NCBI GenBank assembly: GCA_963805865.1
Contig: CAWDVI010000003.1
Coordinates: 334,131 to 398,130, forward strand
Source: an uncultured bacterium
GTDB lineage: Bacteria > Patescibacteriota > Saccharimonadia > Saccharimonadales > UBA4665
DNA length: 64,000 bases
Direction: 5' to 3'
Shown: positions 54,005-64,000 of the stretch, one piece after another
Layout of the letters: every line of letters starts with the position of its first letter
Position numbering within the stretch: position 1 is the first letter of the stretch
Position numbers and translations under genes: made by a program
The notes under the pieces: generated by a model
Told to the model about the DNA's origin: nothing
Seen by the model: the letters and a program-made list of their open reading frames with translations, nothing else
The model's database searches: none

Positions 54005-54574
54005 ATGTTAAAGATCGATAACAACTTACTGCAAGAGGTTGGGTTGGGCGCGCTGCCTTCGGCCGAGAAAAACAGCTTCTTAAAACATATCTATGAGACG
54101 CTGGAGATGCGAGTCGGCATCCGGCTGGCCGATCAGATGACCAACCAGCAGCTCGATGAATTTGAGAAATACTTCGAGGCTAAGGACGATGCCGGCGCTT
54201 TCAAGTGGCTGGAGACGAATTTTCCCAATTATAAGGAAATCGTCCAACAGGAATTCGACAAGCTGAAGGCCGAAGTCGCCCAGTCAGCGCCCCAGATTCT
54301 GGCCGCCAGCCAGCAGCAGGCGGCCGCCGGAGGCCAGCCGCCTGCTCAACCTGCTCAGCCACAGCCACAGCCTGTACAGCCTCCCCAGCAACCCTATCAA
54401 GCGCCGCAGCAACCTTACCAGCAACCTTACCAGCAACCGCAAGTCCAGCCTCAGGTCGTCCAACCCCAGGTAGCACCACAGCCCCAGCCGGTACAGCCGC
54501 CTTATCAGCCGCCACAACCGCCGGTACCACCGGTACAGCAACCGCCAGCCGGCCCACCAGCACCTAGTCAGTAA
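54005..54574 (+). CDS. hypothetical protein with conserved N-domain and P/Q-rich low-complexity tail
   Basis: GGAGCATC ATG start. The N-terminal ~95 aa look structured, followed by (QPxx)n repeats. Confidence 0.55.
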   Translation: MLKIDNNLLQEVGLGALPSAEKNSFLKHIYETLEMRVGIRLADQMTNQQLDEFEKYFEAKDDAGAFKWLETNFPNYKEIVQQEFDKLKAEVAQSAPQILAASQQQAAAGGQPPAQPAQPQPQPVQPPQQPYQAPQQPYQQPYQQPQVQPQVVQPQVAPQPQPVQPPYQPPQPPVPPVQQPPAGPPAPSQ

Positions 54575-54692
54575 TAGAATCTTTTATAAAGTACAAGAAT
54601 CAAACGCTAAAGGGGTGTCGCACACTGAGACGTTTTACGTACGTTTTGTACCTAAAACGTCTCACTCGGGCTGAAGCGATGTAGTTTGAAGA

Positions 54693-55613
54693 TCAGCCCA
54701 GAGGGTAGCCAGCCAGGAAAGCGGCACCGGTCATCTCTTGTTTGCCGGGCGGAATCAGTGCGTCGATTATCAGTGTGTCTTCCGAGCAGTGGATTCCAAT
54801 CTGCTTATCTTGTAACCAGAGCGTACCTTCCAGACCCTCAACACCTTTGGCTACATGGGCTTTGGTGACGATAACTTCGTTCGTACCGAGCATTATGCGA
54901 CTGCGCGGCCAGCCGGCGTAAGCCCTGATCTCGCGCTCCAGGTCGGTGGCGGACTTAGATGTATCGATCTGGCCGACTTCTTTGTCTATTTGTTTATCAT
55001 AAGTAGCGTCCAGGTCGTCCTGTGCGTCGGGCTCCAGACTGCCGCTTAAGATGCCTGGCAGGTTCTCCAACAGCATATCTTTACCTAAGCTTAATAAAGC
55101 GTCGGCCAGCTCTTGTTTGATCGGACGATCCTGAACCTGGATCTTCTCCTGGGCATAGATCGGACCGGCGTCCATTTCTTCAGTGAGAGCCATCAGCGAC
55201 ACGCCGGTTTCGCGTTCATCGTAGAGGATGGTGTTCTCGATGGGCGTCGAACCGCGGCGTTTGGGTAGCAGGGAAGGATGGATGTTGATGATGCCGCGCG
55301 GAAATATGTTGATTATCTCCTTTGGCACCAGTTTGCCGTAGGCAATCAAGACGCCGGCTTCGGCCTGGAGGTCTTCTAGCTGGTTCTTGATATCAGAGAT
55401 TTTGCCGGGCGCCAACACGGGGATGCCGAGACGCTCCGCGGCGGCGGCAATCTCCAGCGTGCGGGCCTTGCGTGACTGTGCCGGATCGTTCTGCGATACG
55501 ACCACCGCGGCTATCTGGTAGCCAGCACCGGCCAGCGCCTGCAGCACCGGCGCGATGCTCTTTACACCGGTCGCCAACCGTTCATTACCGAAGAATACCA
55601 AGCGTTCATTCAT
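54693..55613 (-). CDS. fmt: methionyl-tRNA formyltransferase
   Basis: VFFGNERLA..INIHPSLLPKRRGSTPIENTIL..GVSLM. Confidence 0.85.
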   Translation of the reverse strand: MNERLVFFGNERLATGVKSIAPVLQALAGAGYQIAAVVVSQNDPAQSRKARTLEIAAAAERLGIPVLAPGKISDIKNQLEDLQAEAGVLIAYGKLVPKEIINIFPRGIINIHPSLLPKRRGSTPIENTILYDERETGVSLMALTEEMDAGPIYAQEKIQVQDRPIKQELADALLSLGKDMLLENLPGILSGSLEPDAQDDLDATYDKQIDKEVGQIDTSKSATDLEREIRAYAGWPRSRIMLGTNEVIVTKAHVAKGVEGLEGTLWLQDKQIGIHCSEDTLIIDALIPPGKQEMTGAAFLAGYPLG

Positions 55614-55628
55614 GACTGGTCTATTGTC

Positions 55629-56211
55629 TCAACTTTTTGGCCACAGGACAGTGTTATTTTTAATATCTTTTTCATAATCTAATGCCTCCAGTTTGCCATC
55701 GTCGTTCAGCCGGTAAAAGGCCTCGGGGTCGTTCTTGATGTGGTCGATGAAGACCTTGCCCTTGGTATGGTCAATCTCGTGCTGGAAGATGCGGGCCAAG
55801 AAATCCTCGGCGGTGACCCGGAATTCGTGGCCGTCCAGGTCCAGTGCTTTGACGCGGACTTTGGTGTGGCGCGGTACCTTGCCATATATATTTGGTACGC
55901 TCAGACAGCCCTCAAAGTCGGCCACTACTCTCGCCCCCGTGCTTGGTTACCTCCGGATTTATGAAAACGGTGAAATCGCGGCTCTTCTTATCGCTGTAAT
56001 CCTCGCGGACGATAACTATCCGGTATAACTGGTCAATCTGGACTGCCGCCAGGGCGACACCGACCTCATGGTCGCGGCTGGCGTCCCAGTCCAGCGTGGC
56101 GGCCTTCATATCGGCCACGATACGCTTGATTTCAGGGGTAATTAGTCCAACTCGTTGTGATTTTTGCCTCAGATGTGGGTTTGGTAGGGCGATGATGTCG
56201 TCTTTGGTCAT
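55629..56211 (-). CDS. def: peptide deformylase; frame switch ~55925-55940
   Basis: ORF 55912..56211 (GVALAAVQI) continues in 55629..55925 (EGCLSVP..QHEIDHTKG). Confidence 0.8.
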
Positions 56212-56238
56212 AACTGTTGGATAAGTATACCTGAGGGC

Positions 56239-58179
56239 TTAGAGTAAATCCATCGGATCAAGGTCGTAGCTGGTGCCGCTGGGCAGGGCGGCGATGATTT
56301 TCAGTAGCTCGCCGCGGTTCTTAGCCTTGACTACCAACTGCCACTGATACTTACCCTGTAAGCGCTCGTAGAACGAGGGTGCCGGACCCTCTGTTGTCAC
56401 ACTTTTAGTAACGGTGGTAATATGTGACTTTAACTCCTTAGCGGCGGCTTCGGCCGCCCGGTTGGTAGCCCGCCGGACAGTCAGCTTTAATAAATAACAG
56501 AAGGGCGGGAAGAGGAATTGTTGGCGGCTGGCCATCTCGGTATCGTAAAAGCCATCGTAATCACCGTTGATGGCGGCTTGCAGGACCGGGTGGTCAGGAT
56601 GGTAGGTCTGGATGACGGCCCGGCCGGCCACATGGCCGCGCCCGATCCGGCCCAGTACCTGGCTGATTAGTTGGAAGGTGCGCTCCTGAGCCGAGAAATC
56701 CGGCAGGTACAGGCTAGTATCGGCCAGCAGGATGCCTAGCACGCTGAGACGCGGCAGATCCAGGCCTTTGGCCAGCAACTGGGTGCCAATCAGGATATCG
56801 ACCTCGCCGGCGCGAATCTTTTCATATTGTTGCTCAAATCGTTCGGCCCGCGAGTTATCGGTGTCAAAGCGCATAACCCGGGCCTCTGGGAATAGCCGCT
56901 GGACGTCATCTACGATAGCTTTGGTGCCGGCCGTTTTGAAGATGATGTCGGTGTGGCCGCACTTGGGACAGCTACTCGGTGCTGGCGCGCCGTAATCACA
57001 GCTGTGGCAGCGCAGGCGGTGACGGTCGCCGTGATAGGTCAGCGGCAGGTCGCAGTGCGGGCAATCGGCTTGCCAGCCGCAGTTTTCGCACAGCACCAGC
57101 CGGGCGGTGCCGCGCCGGTTCAGATACAAGAGGGTCTGTTCGCCGCGGCCCAGGGCGCCTTCCACGGCGGCGACCAGCGGCTGGCTGAGGTAGGGTGAGC
57201 GGCTAAACAGATTATGCTCCTTGCGGTCCACCACTGTTACTTCAGTCGCCGGGTGCTGGCCGGGCTGGGCCAGGCCGGATAATTTAATAATCGGTTTCGA
57301 CTTTTGCTTGGCCAGGTAGTAATCGCTGAGTGACGGCGTGGCCGAGCCTAGCACCAGCGTAGCCCGGGCCAAGCGTGCCAGATAGCTTGCCACTCGGCCA
57401 GCCTGGTACTGCGGCGCCTGTTCCTGCTTGTAGGCGGCCTCGTGGGCTTCATCGAGCACGATCAGCCCTGGTTTGGCCAGCGGCGCGAACAGCGCGGAGC
57501 GGGCGCCTATGACAACCAGCGGCTGTTTCGTGCCGGCTCTTAAGGCAGTCAGCCAGGCCCGTTGCCGTTCAGCCGGCTTGAGTTGCGAGTGCAAGACGAC
57601 CACCCGCTCGCCGAACACCTCGCGGAAGCGGCCGGCCAACTGGCTGGTCAGGCTGATCTCCGGGGTTAGGATGATGGCCGATTTGCCGGCGGCTAGCGCT
57701 TGGGCGGCCAGCTCGATATAAACCCGCGTTTTGCCACTACCGGTTACACCGTGCAATACATAGGTATCCTGCTCCGCCATGGCGGCCACGGCTTGTCTCT
57801 GCTCGCTCGTGAGCGGCGGCAGATCACTGGTATCTGGTGATTTGAATCCGCCAATTTGCCCCTCAAAATGTTTTTTTGACAGGTTGGCCGGCAATAGTTG
57901 CTGGGCCAGCACGCCCAGCGGCGCCGGATAATATTCTTTGAGCCAGGCTGTCAGTTTCAGGAGATGTAGGGGTAGGGGCGGCAAGTCCAGCACCTCGGTA
58001 ATCTGCTTAGTCTTGAAGCGCGGCTTACTGGTGGTGCCGCTGACGAAACCCAGCACTGGCTGATTCTGCAGTTCTACCCGGACGATCGTGCCGCCGCGCA
58101 GGCGCTTATCATGCGAATAAGTCAACGGCTCCTGGCCGTGATAGCGGTTACTGCGCACCCATACCTCGTAGTAATACAT
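56239..58179 (-). CDS. priA: primosomal protein N' (replication restart helicase)
   Basis: LHGVTGSGKTRVY, LDEAHE, and a Cys-rich zinc module CENCGWQADCPHCDLPLTYH..CHSC..CPKCG. Confidence 0.9.
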   Translation of the reverse strand: MYYYEVWVRSNRYHGQEPLTYSHDKRLRGGTIVRVELQNQPVLGFVSGTTSKPRFKTKQITEVLDLPPLPLHLLKLTAWLKEYYPAPLGVLAQQLLPANLSKKHFEGQIGGFKSPDTSDLPPLTSEQRQAVAAMAEQDTYVLHGVTGSGKTRVYIELAAQALAAGKSAIILTPEISLTSQLAGRFREVFGERVVVLHSQLKPAERQRAWLTALRAGTKQPLVVIGARSALFAPLAKPGLIVLDEAHEAAYKQEQAPQYQAGRVASYLARLARATLVLGSATPSLSDYYLAKQKSKPIIKLSGLAQPGQHPATEVTVVDRKEHNLFSRSPYLSQPLVAAVEGALGRGEQTLLYLNRRGTARLVLCENCGWQADCPHCDLPLTYHGDRHRLRCHSCDYGAPAPSSCPKCGHTDIIFKTAGTKAIVDDVQRLFPEARVMRFDTDNSRAERFEQQYEKIRAGEVDILIGTQLLAKGLDLPRLSVLGILLADTSLYLPDFSAQERTFQLISQVLGRIGRGHVAGRAVIQTYHPDHPVLQAAINGDYDGFYDTEMASRQQFLFPPFCYLLKLTVRRATNRAAEAAAKELKSHITTVTKSVTTEGPAPSFYERLQGKYQWQLVVKAKNRGELLKIIAALPSGTSYDLDPMDLL

Positions 58180-58211
58180 ATACCCAGTATATCGCTACAC
58201 CTGCACAAGGG

Positions 58212-58243
58212 GGTATATATTTTGTATATACATTATATATACC
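58212..58243. repeat. 32-nt AT-rich palindromic box, copy B
   Basis: Identical to copy A. Lies in the divergent priA / wHTH-regulator intergenic region. Confidence 0.85.
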
Positions 58244-58355
58244 ACCCAAATACACTGGAGGGCTGGCGCAGAAAAGCTCACAACAAAAATTTGCCAAATT
58301 ATTACATGGCCGTTATACTAAAAATCAACGTTGTTCAGACGACAATAAGGAGCTT

Positions 58356-58646
58356 ATGCTAGACGTATTTATTACATCCAGAGTGCGGCGCAAGATCATC
58401 GTTATCTATGCGAAGTATCCTGATTTCAAGACCCACGTACGGGGGTTAGCCAAGCTTATCAAAGAGGATGCGGGAAATATACAACGGGAGCTGAAACGCC
58501 TCGAGAAGGTCGGTTTCCTGACCAGCGAGCGCCAGGGTAACACCAAGGTATATTCTACAAACAAACAGTTCCCTATCTTCCGTGAATTGCAAAGTATAGT
58601 GTTGAAATCACAACGCTCCGCCCAGCAAAAACGGGTTACCGGCTAA
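58356..58646 (+). CDS. small winged-helix (ArsR-like) transcriptional regulator
   Basis: SRVRRKIIVIYAKYPD..VRGLAKLIKEDAGNIQRELKRLEKVGFLTSERQGNTKVY. Confidence 0.6.
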   Translation: MLDVFITSRVRRKIIVIYAKYPDFKTHVRGLAKLIKEDAGNIQRELKRLEKVGFLTSERQGNTKVYSTNKQFPIFRELQSIVLKSQRSAQQKRVTG

Positions 58647-58704
58647 GCACCCAATCACAAACCTCCGATTGACAAAACAGCCAACTTATGCTAGTATCGA
58701 AAGC

Positions 58705-59373
58705 ATGAGTACATCAGAAAAAATGCAAACACAAAATCAAGATCCGGCTCATCAAGCCGCACTAACCAACATAGCAAGGCATATGGTTGACAGCTATCAT
58801 TCAACGCCAGGCACCCAGCCAATACCGGATGAGCAGCTGGAAGATGGTTCCAGGATTTTCGCTGAAGCTGTTCTGGCCGTTACCTCCCTTCCGGAAGTCC
58901 AAGACCTGCTGCCCGGGTTAAAAGAACTTGTGTCAGAGTCTGCCGAAAAGGAAGACCTGAGAGTTGAGATTGGCGAGGAACGCTATGGCCTGTACATTCG
59001 TAAGGTTCGCGAGGGTATGGAAGCAGCTGAAACTGAAGAGTCCAAAACCGCTCACGAGCGCTGGGATGGCCAAGTTAACAAATTCTGGCAAGCAGTTAGT
59101 CAGCCTGAAATGCCTGAAGGTTGGCTGAATGAGTTCTCAGCAGACAGACAAGCAGCGATAGAAGCCGAACAAGAGGAAACCGATGTCGCCACTGAAGCCA
59201 CAGGCGAAGATGCTGAGATACGAGAAGCTTTTGTGGGTCGTGAAGAAGATTTGCAGAGATTGATTAGTATGACTAGGGGCGAAGTTGAAGCCAACGTAGA
59301 CTATAAATTCGCATTTAGCCTGACCGGGGTAATTGGGCGTGAACTGCAGAATGAACAAACCCAGGCTGTTTAA
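58705..59373 (+). CDS. hypothetical acidic protein
   Basis: TTGACA-17-TAGTAT promoter at 58669..58697, so start taken at ATG 58705 (MSTSEKMQ) rather than the ORF-track start. Confidence 0.45.
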   Translation: MSTSEKMQTQNQDPAHQAALTNIARHMVDSYHSTPGTQPIPDEQLEDGSRIFAEAVLAVTSLPEVQDLLPGLKELVSESAEKEDLRVEIGEERYGLYIRKVREGMEAAETEESKTAHERWDGQVNKFWQAVSQPEMPEGWLNEFSADRQAAIEAEQEETDVATEATGEDAEIREAFVGREEDLQRLISMTRGEVEANVDYKFAFSLTGVIGRELQNEQTQAV

Positions 59374-59394
59374 GAATAAAATTAAAAGAATTAT

Positions 59395-60147
59395 ATGTTT
59401 CGAAGAAATAAAAACCCAATACCACAACCAGAGGCCCCTCTAGCAGAAGAAAGGGTGAGTGAGCAAACTGTAGGTGATAGTCCTGAAGTAGTTGCCGCCA
59501 AAGCGGAAGAGAAGCGTATAAAAAATAACTTGCGTGAAGTTGCTATAGCTCCACGAGAGCAATACGAAGGGGTAAATAGGAAAGCCCAGGAATTATCTGT
59601 TGAAGATGATCGGCTGAAGCAGGCACATTCTCATTACACAAATTTGCAAGAAAAAATAATAGAAGCTCGAAGTCTCCACGATACAGAGGCAGAAAGAGAG
59701 CTTAGTTTGCAGATGCGTGATACTCAGGTTTCTACGGACGGCCTGCTGTCGGAGCTTCTAGCAGATGAAATATCTGAAATTAAGAAAGGCTGGCAGACTG
59801 GTAGCATACCAAGAATTCTACCTGGTCTGGTTAGGCGGGGTAGCGGAGGGCAGTACTTTACCTTCGAAGACGTAGAGGTGCCTAAGTTTAAAGCTGATAT
59901 GAGCCGTGACGCCCTGACCTTCAAACCAGGTGTGTATATCCCTACCCCCGAAGACTGGGAGTATATGAACCTATCGGATACAGAGGTCCCGCTTGAAAAA
60001 ACCTTTTATGGTTCGGTTAGAGGTGAAGGCCTGCCAGATAATATAGATGTCTTTATGGATCCGCAGATGACTGATTGCACACTTGATGATTTGCAAGGTT
60101 GGCAGACGATTGCTGAGCGAGCCGTTCAGCCAGCCGGCGCCGAATAA
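59395..60147 (+). CDS. hypothetical protein
   Basis: 250-aa ORF immediately downstream and co-oriented. Confidence 0.45.
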   Translation: MFRRNKNPIPQPEAPLAEERVSEQTVGDSPEVVAAKAEEKRIKNNLREVAIAPREQYEGVNRKAQELSVEDDRLKQAHSHYTNLQEKIIEARSLHDTEAERELSLQMRDTQVSTDGLLSELLADEISEIKKGWQTGSIPRILPGLVRRGSGGQYFTFEDVEVPKFKADMSRDALTFKPGVYIPTPEDWEYMNLSDTEVPLEKTFYGSVRGEGLPDNIDVFMDPQMTDCTLDDLQGWQTIAERAVQPAGAE

Positions 60148-60281
60148 GGTTGTTCAAACAGATATTAAGTGCTAATATTTTAATCGGAACACTTAACTCG
60201 CAATTTCGTTGCTAATCCTGAGAGTAGCGCGAAATAAATAAACCCCAACCTTTCGGAAGGGGTTTATTTATTGCGAGTCAT

Positions 60282-60373
60282 TGGCGGTGGGGACGGGGTT
60301 CGAACCCGTGGAACACAAACTCGCATTCGCCGCTTCCTGAGAGCGGTGCAATAAACCACTCTGCCACCCCACC
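60282..60373 (-). tRNA. type II tRNA, read as tRNA-Leu (anticodon CAG), paralogue of 44213..44302
   Basis: Reverse complement reads GGTGGGGTGGCAGAGTGGTTTATTGCACCGCTCTCAGGAAGCGG, then a long variable arm, GGGTTCGAACCCC and CCCCACCGCCA. Confidence 0.75.
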
Positions 60374-60534
60374 ACGGCGAGCCTCGCCGAAGCGAGACCA
60401 GATAAGAATATCTTTAACTCAACAGAATCCCAAAGCATAAGCGAAGACTTCTTACAATAATGATTAAAAAATTTAATGACTTTCTAGTTAGTTGGACTTG
60501 TAAAAATAACCCCTGTTCGCTACAATAGCTCCCG

Positions 60535-60750
60535 ATGATACAAGTTACCAGAAAAGATTCCAAGGAGTCGACCGAGAACCTGTTAAGGCGTTTTAACCGC
60601 AAGGTTCAGCAGTCTGGTGCCCTGGCTACGGTTAAGCAAAAGCAGTATTTCCAGAAGCCGACCTCCAAACCGGAGCGCCGCAAAAAGGCGATTATCCGGC
60701 AGGAACGCAAGGCGGCCAAGGCCAAGCGCATCAAGTTAGGGCAGCGCTAA
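60535..60750 (+). CDS. rpsU: 30S ribosomal protein S21
   Basis: ESTENLLRRFNRKVQQSGALATVKQKQYFQKPTSKPERRKKA. Confidence 0.85.
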   Translation: MIQVTRKDSKESTENLLRRFNRKVQQSGALATVKQKQYFQKPTSKPERRKKAIIRQERKAAKAKRIKLGQR

Positions 60751-60757
60751 TAGACAG

Positions 60758-61208
60758 ATGCTGGAAGATAAGCTCGAGCAGGACCTCAAAACCGCCCTGC
60801 TGGCCAACGATGCCGAGCGGGTCAGCGTTTTGCGCGGCCTTAAAAGCGTATTACTGAACGTCAAGGTGGCTGAGGGCAAGCGCGATAGCGGGCCTGGGCG
60901 ATGACGAGGTGCTGGAAATCTTTGCCAAAGAAGCCAAGAAACGGCAGGAGAGCGCCGATCTGTATAAACAGGGTGGCGACGAGGATCGCATGGCCGCCGA
61001 ACTATCCGAAAAAGCCATTATCGAAGAGTATCTTCCGGAGCAGATGAGTGAAGAGGAAGTCGGTCGGGCTGGTAGAGGAGGCCATGCCAGGCGACCGGCG
61101 CTAAGGGGCTGACGGATATGGGCAAGGTGATCGGCAGGTACGGGCGAAGGCCGGCGCCGGCGCCGACGGCAGCTTGATCGCCAAACTGGCAAAGGAGAAA
61201 CTTGGGCG
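60758..61208 (+). CDS. GatB/YqeY-domain protein, needs about five frame segments as given
   Basis: MLEDKLEQDLKTALLANDAERVSVLRGLKS / LGDDEVLEIFAKEAKKRQES..EEYLPEQMSEEEV / LVEEAM / TGAKGLTDMGKVIG / AGADGSLIAKLAKEKL are colinear but in different frames. Confidence 0.6.
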
Positions 61209-61749
61209 CATGATTATCCTGATGGGCGTCGCCGGCGCCGGCAAAAGCATGCAGGGCCGGATGTTCGCCGATGAGCATGGCTACGCCTGGATCTCTACCG
61301 GCGAGCTGTTCCGGGTGCTGGTCACCGGCCAGCGCCGCCAGCAGATGCTGGCCGGCAAATTGCTCAGCGACGAAGAAGTCATCAAGCTGATTGACAAGAC
61401 CCTTAAACAATGATCGATACCAACCAGGAATTCTCTGCTGGACGGCTTTCCGCGCACCAAGCCGCAGGCCGACTGGCTGCTGGACCAGGTCAAACAAGGC
61501 CATTTCAAGCTAACGGCCATCTTCAACCTGAAAGCCTACGCCGGAGGTAGTCAAAGAACGCTTCTGAAGCGCGGCCGCCAGGACGACACTGAGACCGCCA
61601 TCACCAAGCGATTCGAGGAATACAAAACAGTCACTTTGCCGATAATCGATTATTTCACGCAGGCCGGCATCAAGGTCTACGACATCGACGCCGACAAGGA
61701 TCCTGTCACCGTCCACGACGAAATCAAGCGCCACCTCGGCGAGGATTAG
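61209..61749 (+). CDS. adk: adenylate kinase, several frame switches
   Basis: MIILMGVAGAGKSMQGR..ISTGELFR, then FLLDGFPRTKPQADWL and RGRQDDTETAITKRFEEY in other frames; stop TAG 61747..61749. Confidence 0.7.
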
Positions 61750-61760
61750 CGAGGACTAGC

Positions 61761-62520
61761 GTGCAGACGAGGGCCAAAACCAAAGCCGAGCTCCGTCGCC
61801 ATGCGCGGTAGTGGCCGCATGCTGGCCACTGTTTTGCAGGCGCTGAAGCCCAAGGTCAAGCCCGGCATCTCCACCAAAGCCGCTGGCCGACCTGGCCGCC
61901 AAAGAACTCAAAGCCCTGGGCGGCGAGCCAGCCTTTAAGGGCTACCAGGGTTTCCCGGATGTTATCTGCATCTCGCTCAACGATGAAGTGGTGCACGGCA
62001 TCCCCAGCCCGGAGCGCATCATCCAAGAGGGCGATATCGTCGGCCTGGATTTTGGCGTTACTTATAAGGGCATGATTACCGATGCGGCGATCAGCGTCAT
62101 CGCCGGCAAGCCGAAGCAAAAAGGCCACCGCGACCTGCTGGCGCGCACCGAAAAGGCTTCGCAAACTGGCATCAACGCCGTCCACGACCGGGTGCGCACC
62201 GGCGATATCGGCTCGGCCGTGGAATCCTACCTCGAGCAATATCCCTACGGCATCGTCCGCGACATGGTCGGCCACGGCGTCGGCCACGACGTGCATGAGG
62301 ATCCCAACATCCCCAATTATGGCCAGCCGGACACCGGCCCGTGGCTGGATAAGGGTATGACCATCGCCATTGAACCGATGGTGACACTCGGTACTGAACA
62401 GGTATATATCGCGCCGGACGGCTGGACGGTCAAGACGCTGACGGCAAATGGGCCGCTCATTTTGAACATACAGTGTTGATTACCGACACCGGCGCCGAAA
62501 TTCTTACCAACGTTAGATAA
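61761..62520 (+). CDS. map: type I methionine aminopeptidase, at least three frame switches
   Basis: KPGISTK / LADLAAKELKALGGEPAFKGYQGFPDVICISLNDEVVHGIP..DFGV..GHGVGHDVHE / AAHFEHTVLITDTGAEILT; stop TAA 62518..62520. Confidence 0.75.
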
Positions 62521-62573
62521 CTAGATCTTAACCAATCGAGCGTAAGCGTATACTATGGCCTAAGGCTTCGAAA

Positions 62574-63811
62574 ATGAATAACCAAAACCAAGAGTACTTC
62601 GTCGGACTCGATATCGGCACCAGCCAGGTAAGGTGCGTGGTCGGCATGCTTGACCCGAATGGCGGGCACATGCCGTCGATTATCGGTCACGGCCAGGCGC
62701 CCAACCAGGGTATGCGCCGCGGTGCCGTGGTGCACGTTGATGAGGCGGCCGACGCCATCGTCCAAGCTGTTACCGAGGCGGAGCGCATCTCCGGCAAGCA
62801 GATCAAGCACGCTACCGTTAACGTCAACGGCTGCACACGTCATGGGTATTAATTCCGAGGGCGTCATCGCTATCAGCGCCGCCAACCGCGAGATTACTCC
62901 CGAAGACCGGCTCAGGGTAGAGGAAGCGGCGACCATCGTCAGCCTGCCAGCCAACCGCGAAATCGTCCAGTTCTTCGCCAAGAATTACAGCCTGGACGGC
63001 CAGCGCAATATCAAAGACCCGGTCGGCATGCACGGTGTGCGGCTAGAGGTAGATGCTCATATCGTGACCGCCGCCACGCCCAATCTGCGCAGCCTGGACC
63101 AGGCGCTGGAAAAGGCCGAGATCCAAGCCACGCACCACACGGTGTCCGGTCTGGCGGCCGCCGAAGCGGTGCTGACCCGCCAACAGCGCGAGGCCGGCAC
63201 CTTGCTGCTGGATATCGGCGCCGGCACCACCAATCTGATCGTTTTTGAGGATGGCGAGGTCCAGCACGTGGCGGTCCTGCCGATCGGCGGCCAGCACTAT
63301 TACCAACGACCTGGCGATCGGCCTAAAGACCGATATTGATATCGCCGAAAAGGTTAAGCTGGAGCACGCCAATCTGAAAGAAGGCGTCAAAAAGACCACC
63401 GCTACGCTCAAGGTTGGCAACAAGACGCATCATTTTGAGTTTGAGGATATCGTCATGGTTACCGAAGCCCGGGCCGAAGAACTGCTGGAGCATGTGAATA
63501 AGGAACTGCACAAGATCAAGCGGGCCGGCAAACTGCCCGGCGGCGTGGTGCTGACCGGCGGCACCTCCAATCTGCCCGGACTGGACGAGTTCGCCCGCGA
63601 AAAACTGCAGTTGCCGGCCCGAGTTGGCCGCCTCCGGGACGTCGGCGGCCTGGTCGACACCGTCGAAGGCCAGAGCTATATAACAGTGGTCGGCCTGATG
63701 ATGCTGGACATGCTGTTACTGCCATCATTGCCGCCCCAGCACGAGCGTGGCAAAGGCGCCGAGAACGCCAAAGCGATTTTAAATGGCCTGTTCGGCCGCT
63801 TCCGCCGCTAA
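62574..63811 (+). CDS. ftsA: cell division protein FtsA, two frame switches
   Basis: ORFs 62574..62852, 62650..63339 and 63245..63811 are colinear: VGLDIGTSQVRCVVG; LLLDIGAGTTNLIVFEDG; ITNDLAIGL..VVLTGGTSNLPGL. Confidence 0.8.
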
Positions 63812-64000
63812 CAAATCACGGCTAATCACGGGCGGCCCCACGCTACACCTCACTAAAGCGATATTATGTTTCACATAAAATCACATAGGTTCTATGCGTA
63901 TTCACCATAGAATATATTATCGCCCTGATTGACGGGTGAGCGCGCTACATAAATTATTGTAAACTGCCAAGCCCGGGCTAAAAAATACAAGGCCCGAAAT

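Noticed and set aside
54201-54563. Minus-strand ORFs over the P/Q-rich tail of 54005..54574
   Set aside because: These are low-complexity antisense artefacts.

Overview
This 64-kb window looks like a small-genome Patescibacteria/CPR bacterium, most likely Saccharibacteria (TM7). The 16S carries the CATAAAGGAATTGACGG variant around E. coli position 912, many conserved genes are short, and the wHTH and membrane genes look CPR-typical. All family assignments come from motif recognition by eye, because no searches could be run.

Most of the content is housekeeping:
- Translation and replication genes: thrS, miaA, rpmB, infC-rpmI-rplT, gyrB-gyrA, rpsA, infB, fmt, def, priA, rpsU, adk, map, ftsA.
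- RNA genes: rnpB, 16S, 23S, 5S, and tRNA-Pro, -Ile, -Ala and two tRNA-Leu.

The standout locus spans 25.3-44.3 kb and sits between the 16S and 23S genes, which are therefore about 21.8 kb apart and appear separately transcribed.
- It encodes a 4,620-aa, N-terminally anchored, Gly/Thr/Ser/Asn-rich fibre protein (26442..40304). The protein has kilobase-scale near-identical internal repeats and a tail-fibre-like C-terminal region.
- The last ~252 nt of that gene recur four more times downstream, with codons and stop preserved. These copies alternate with a hicBA pair and three divergent NYN/LabA-like (PIN-type RNase) genes. The array ends at a degenerate tRNA-Leu-like remnant beside an intact tRNA-Leu.
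- I read this as an undescribed accretion array in which each unit supplied a replacement 3' end plus cargo. No recombinase is visible in the window.

Other notable items:
- a 32-nt AT-rich palindromic box present three times in intergenic regions;
- a 74-nt tRNA-like element that resembles the tRNA-like domain of tmRNA;
- a PCD-RNase H fusion gene;
- 23S expansion segments;
- a G-rich tandem repeat upstream of the 16S.

Caveat: many conserved genes need two to five reading frames as given, with dense clusters at 8-12 kb and 60.8-63.4 kb, whereas the 13.9-kb giant ORF is intact. This looks like uneven indel error rather than gene decay, so all frameshifted calls are provisional.
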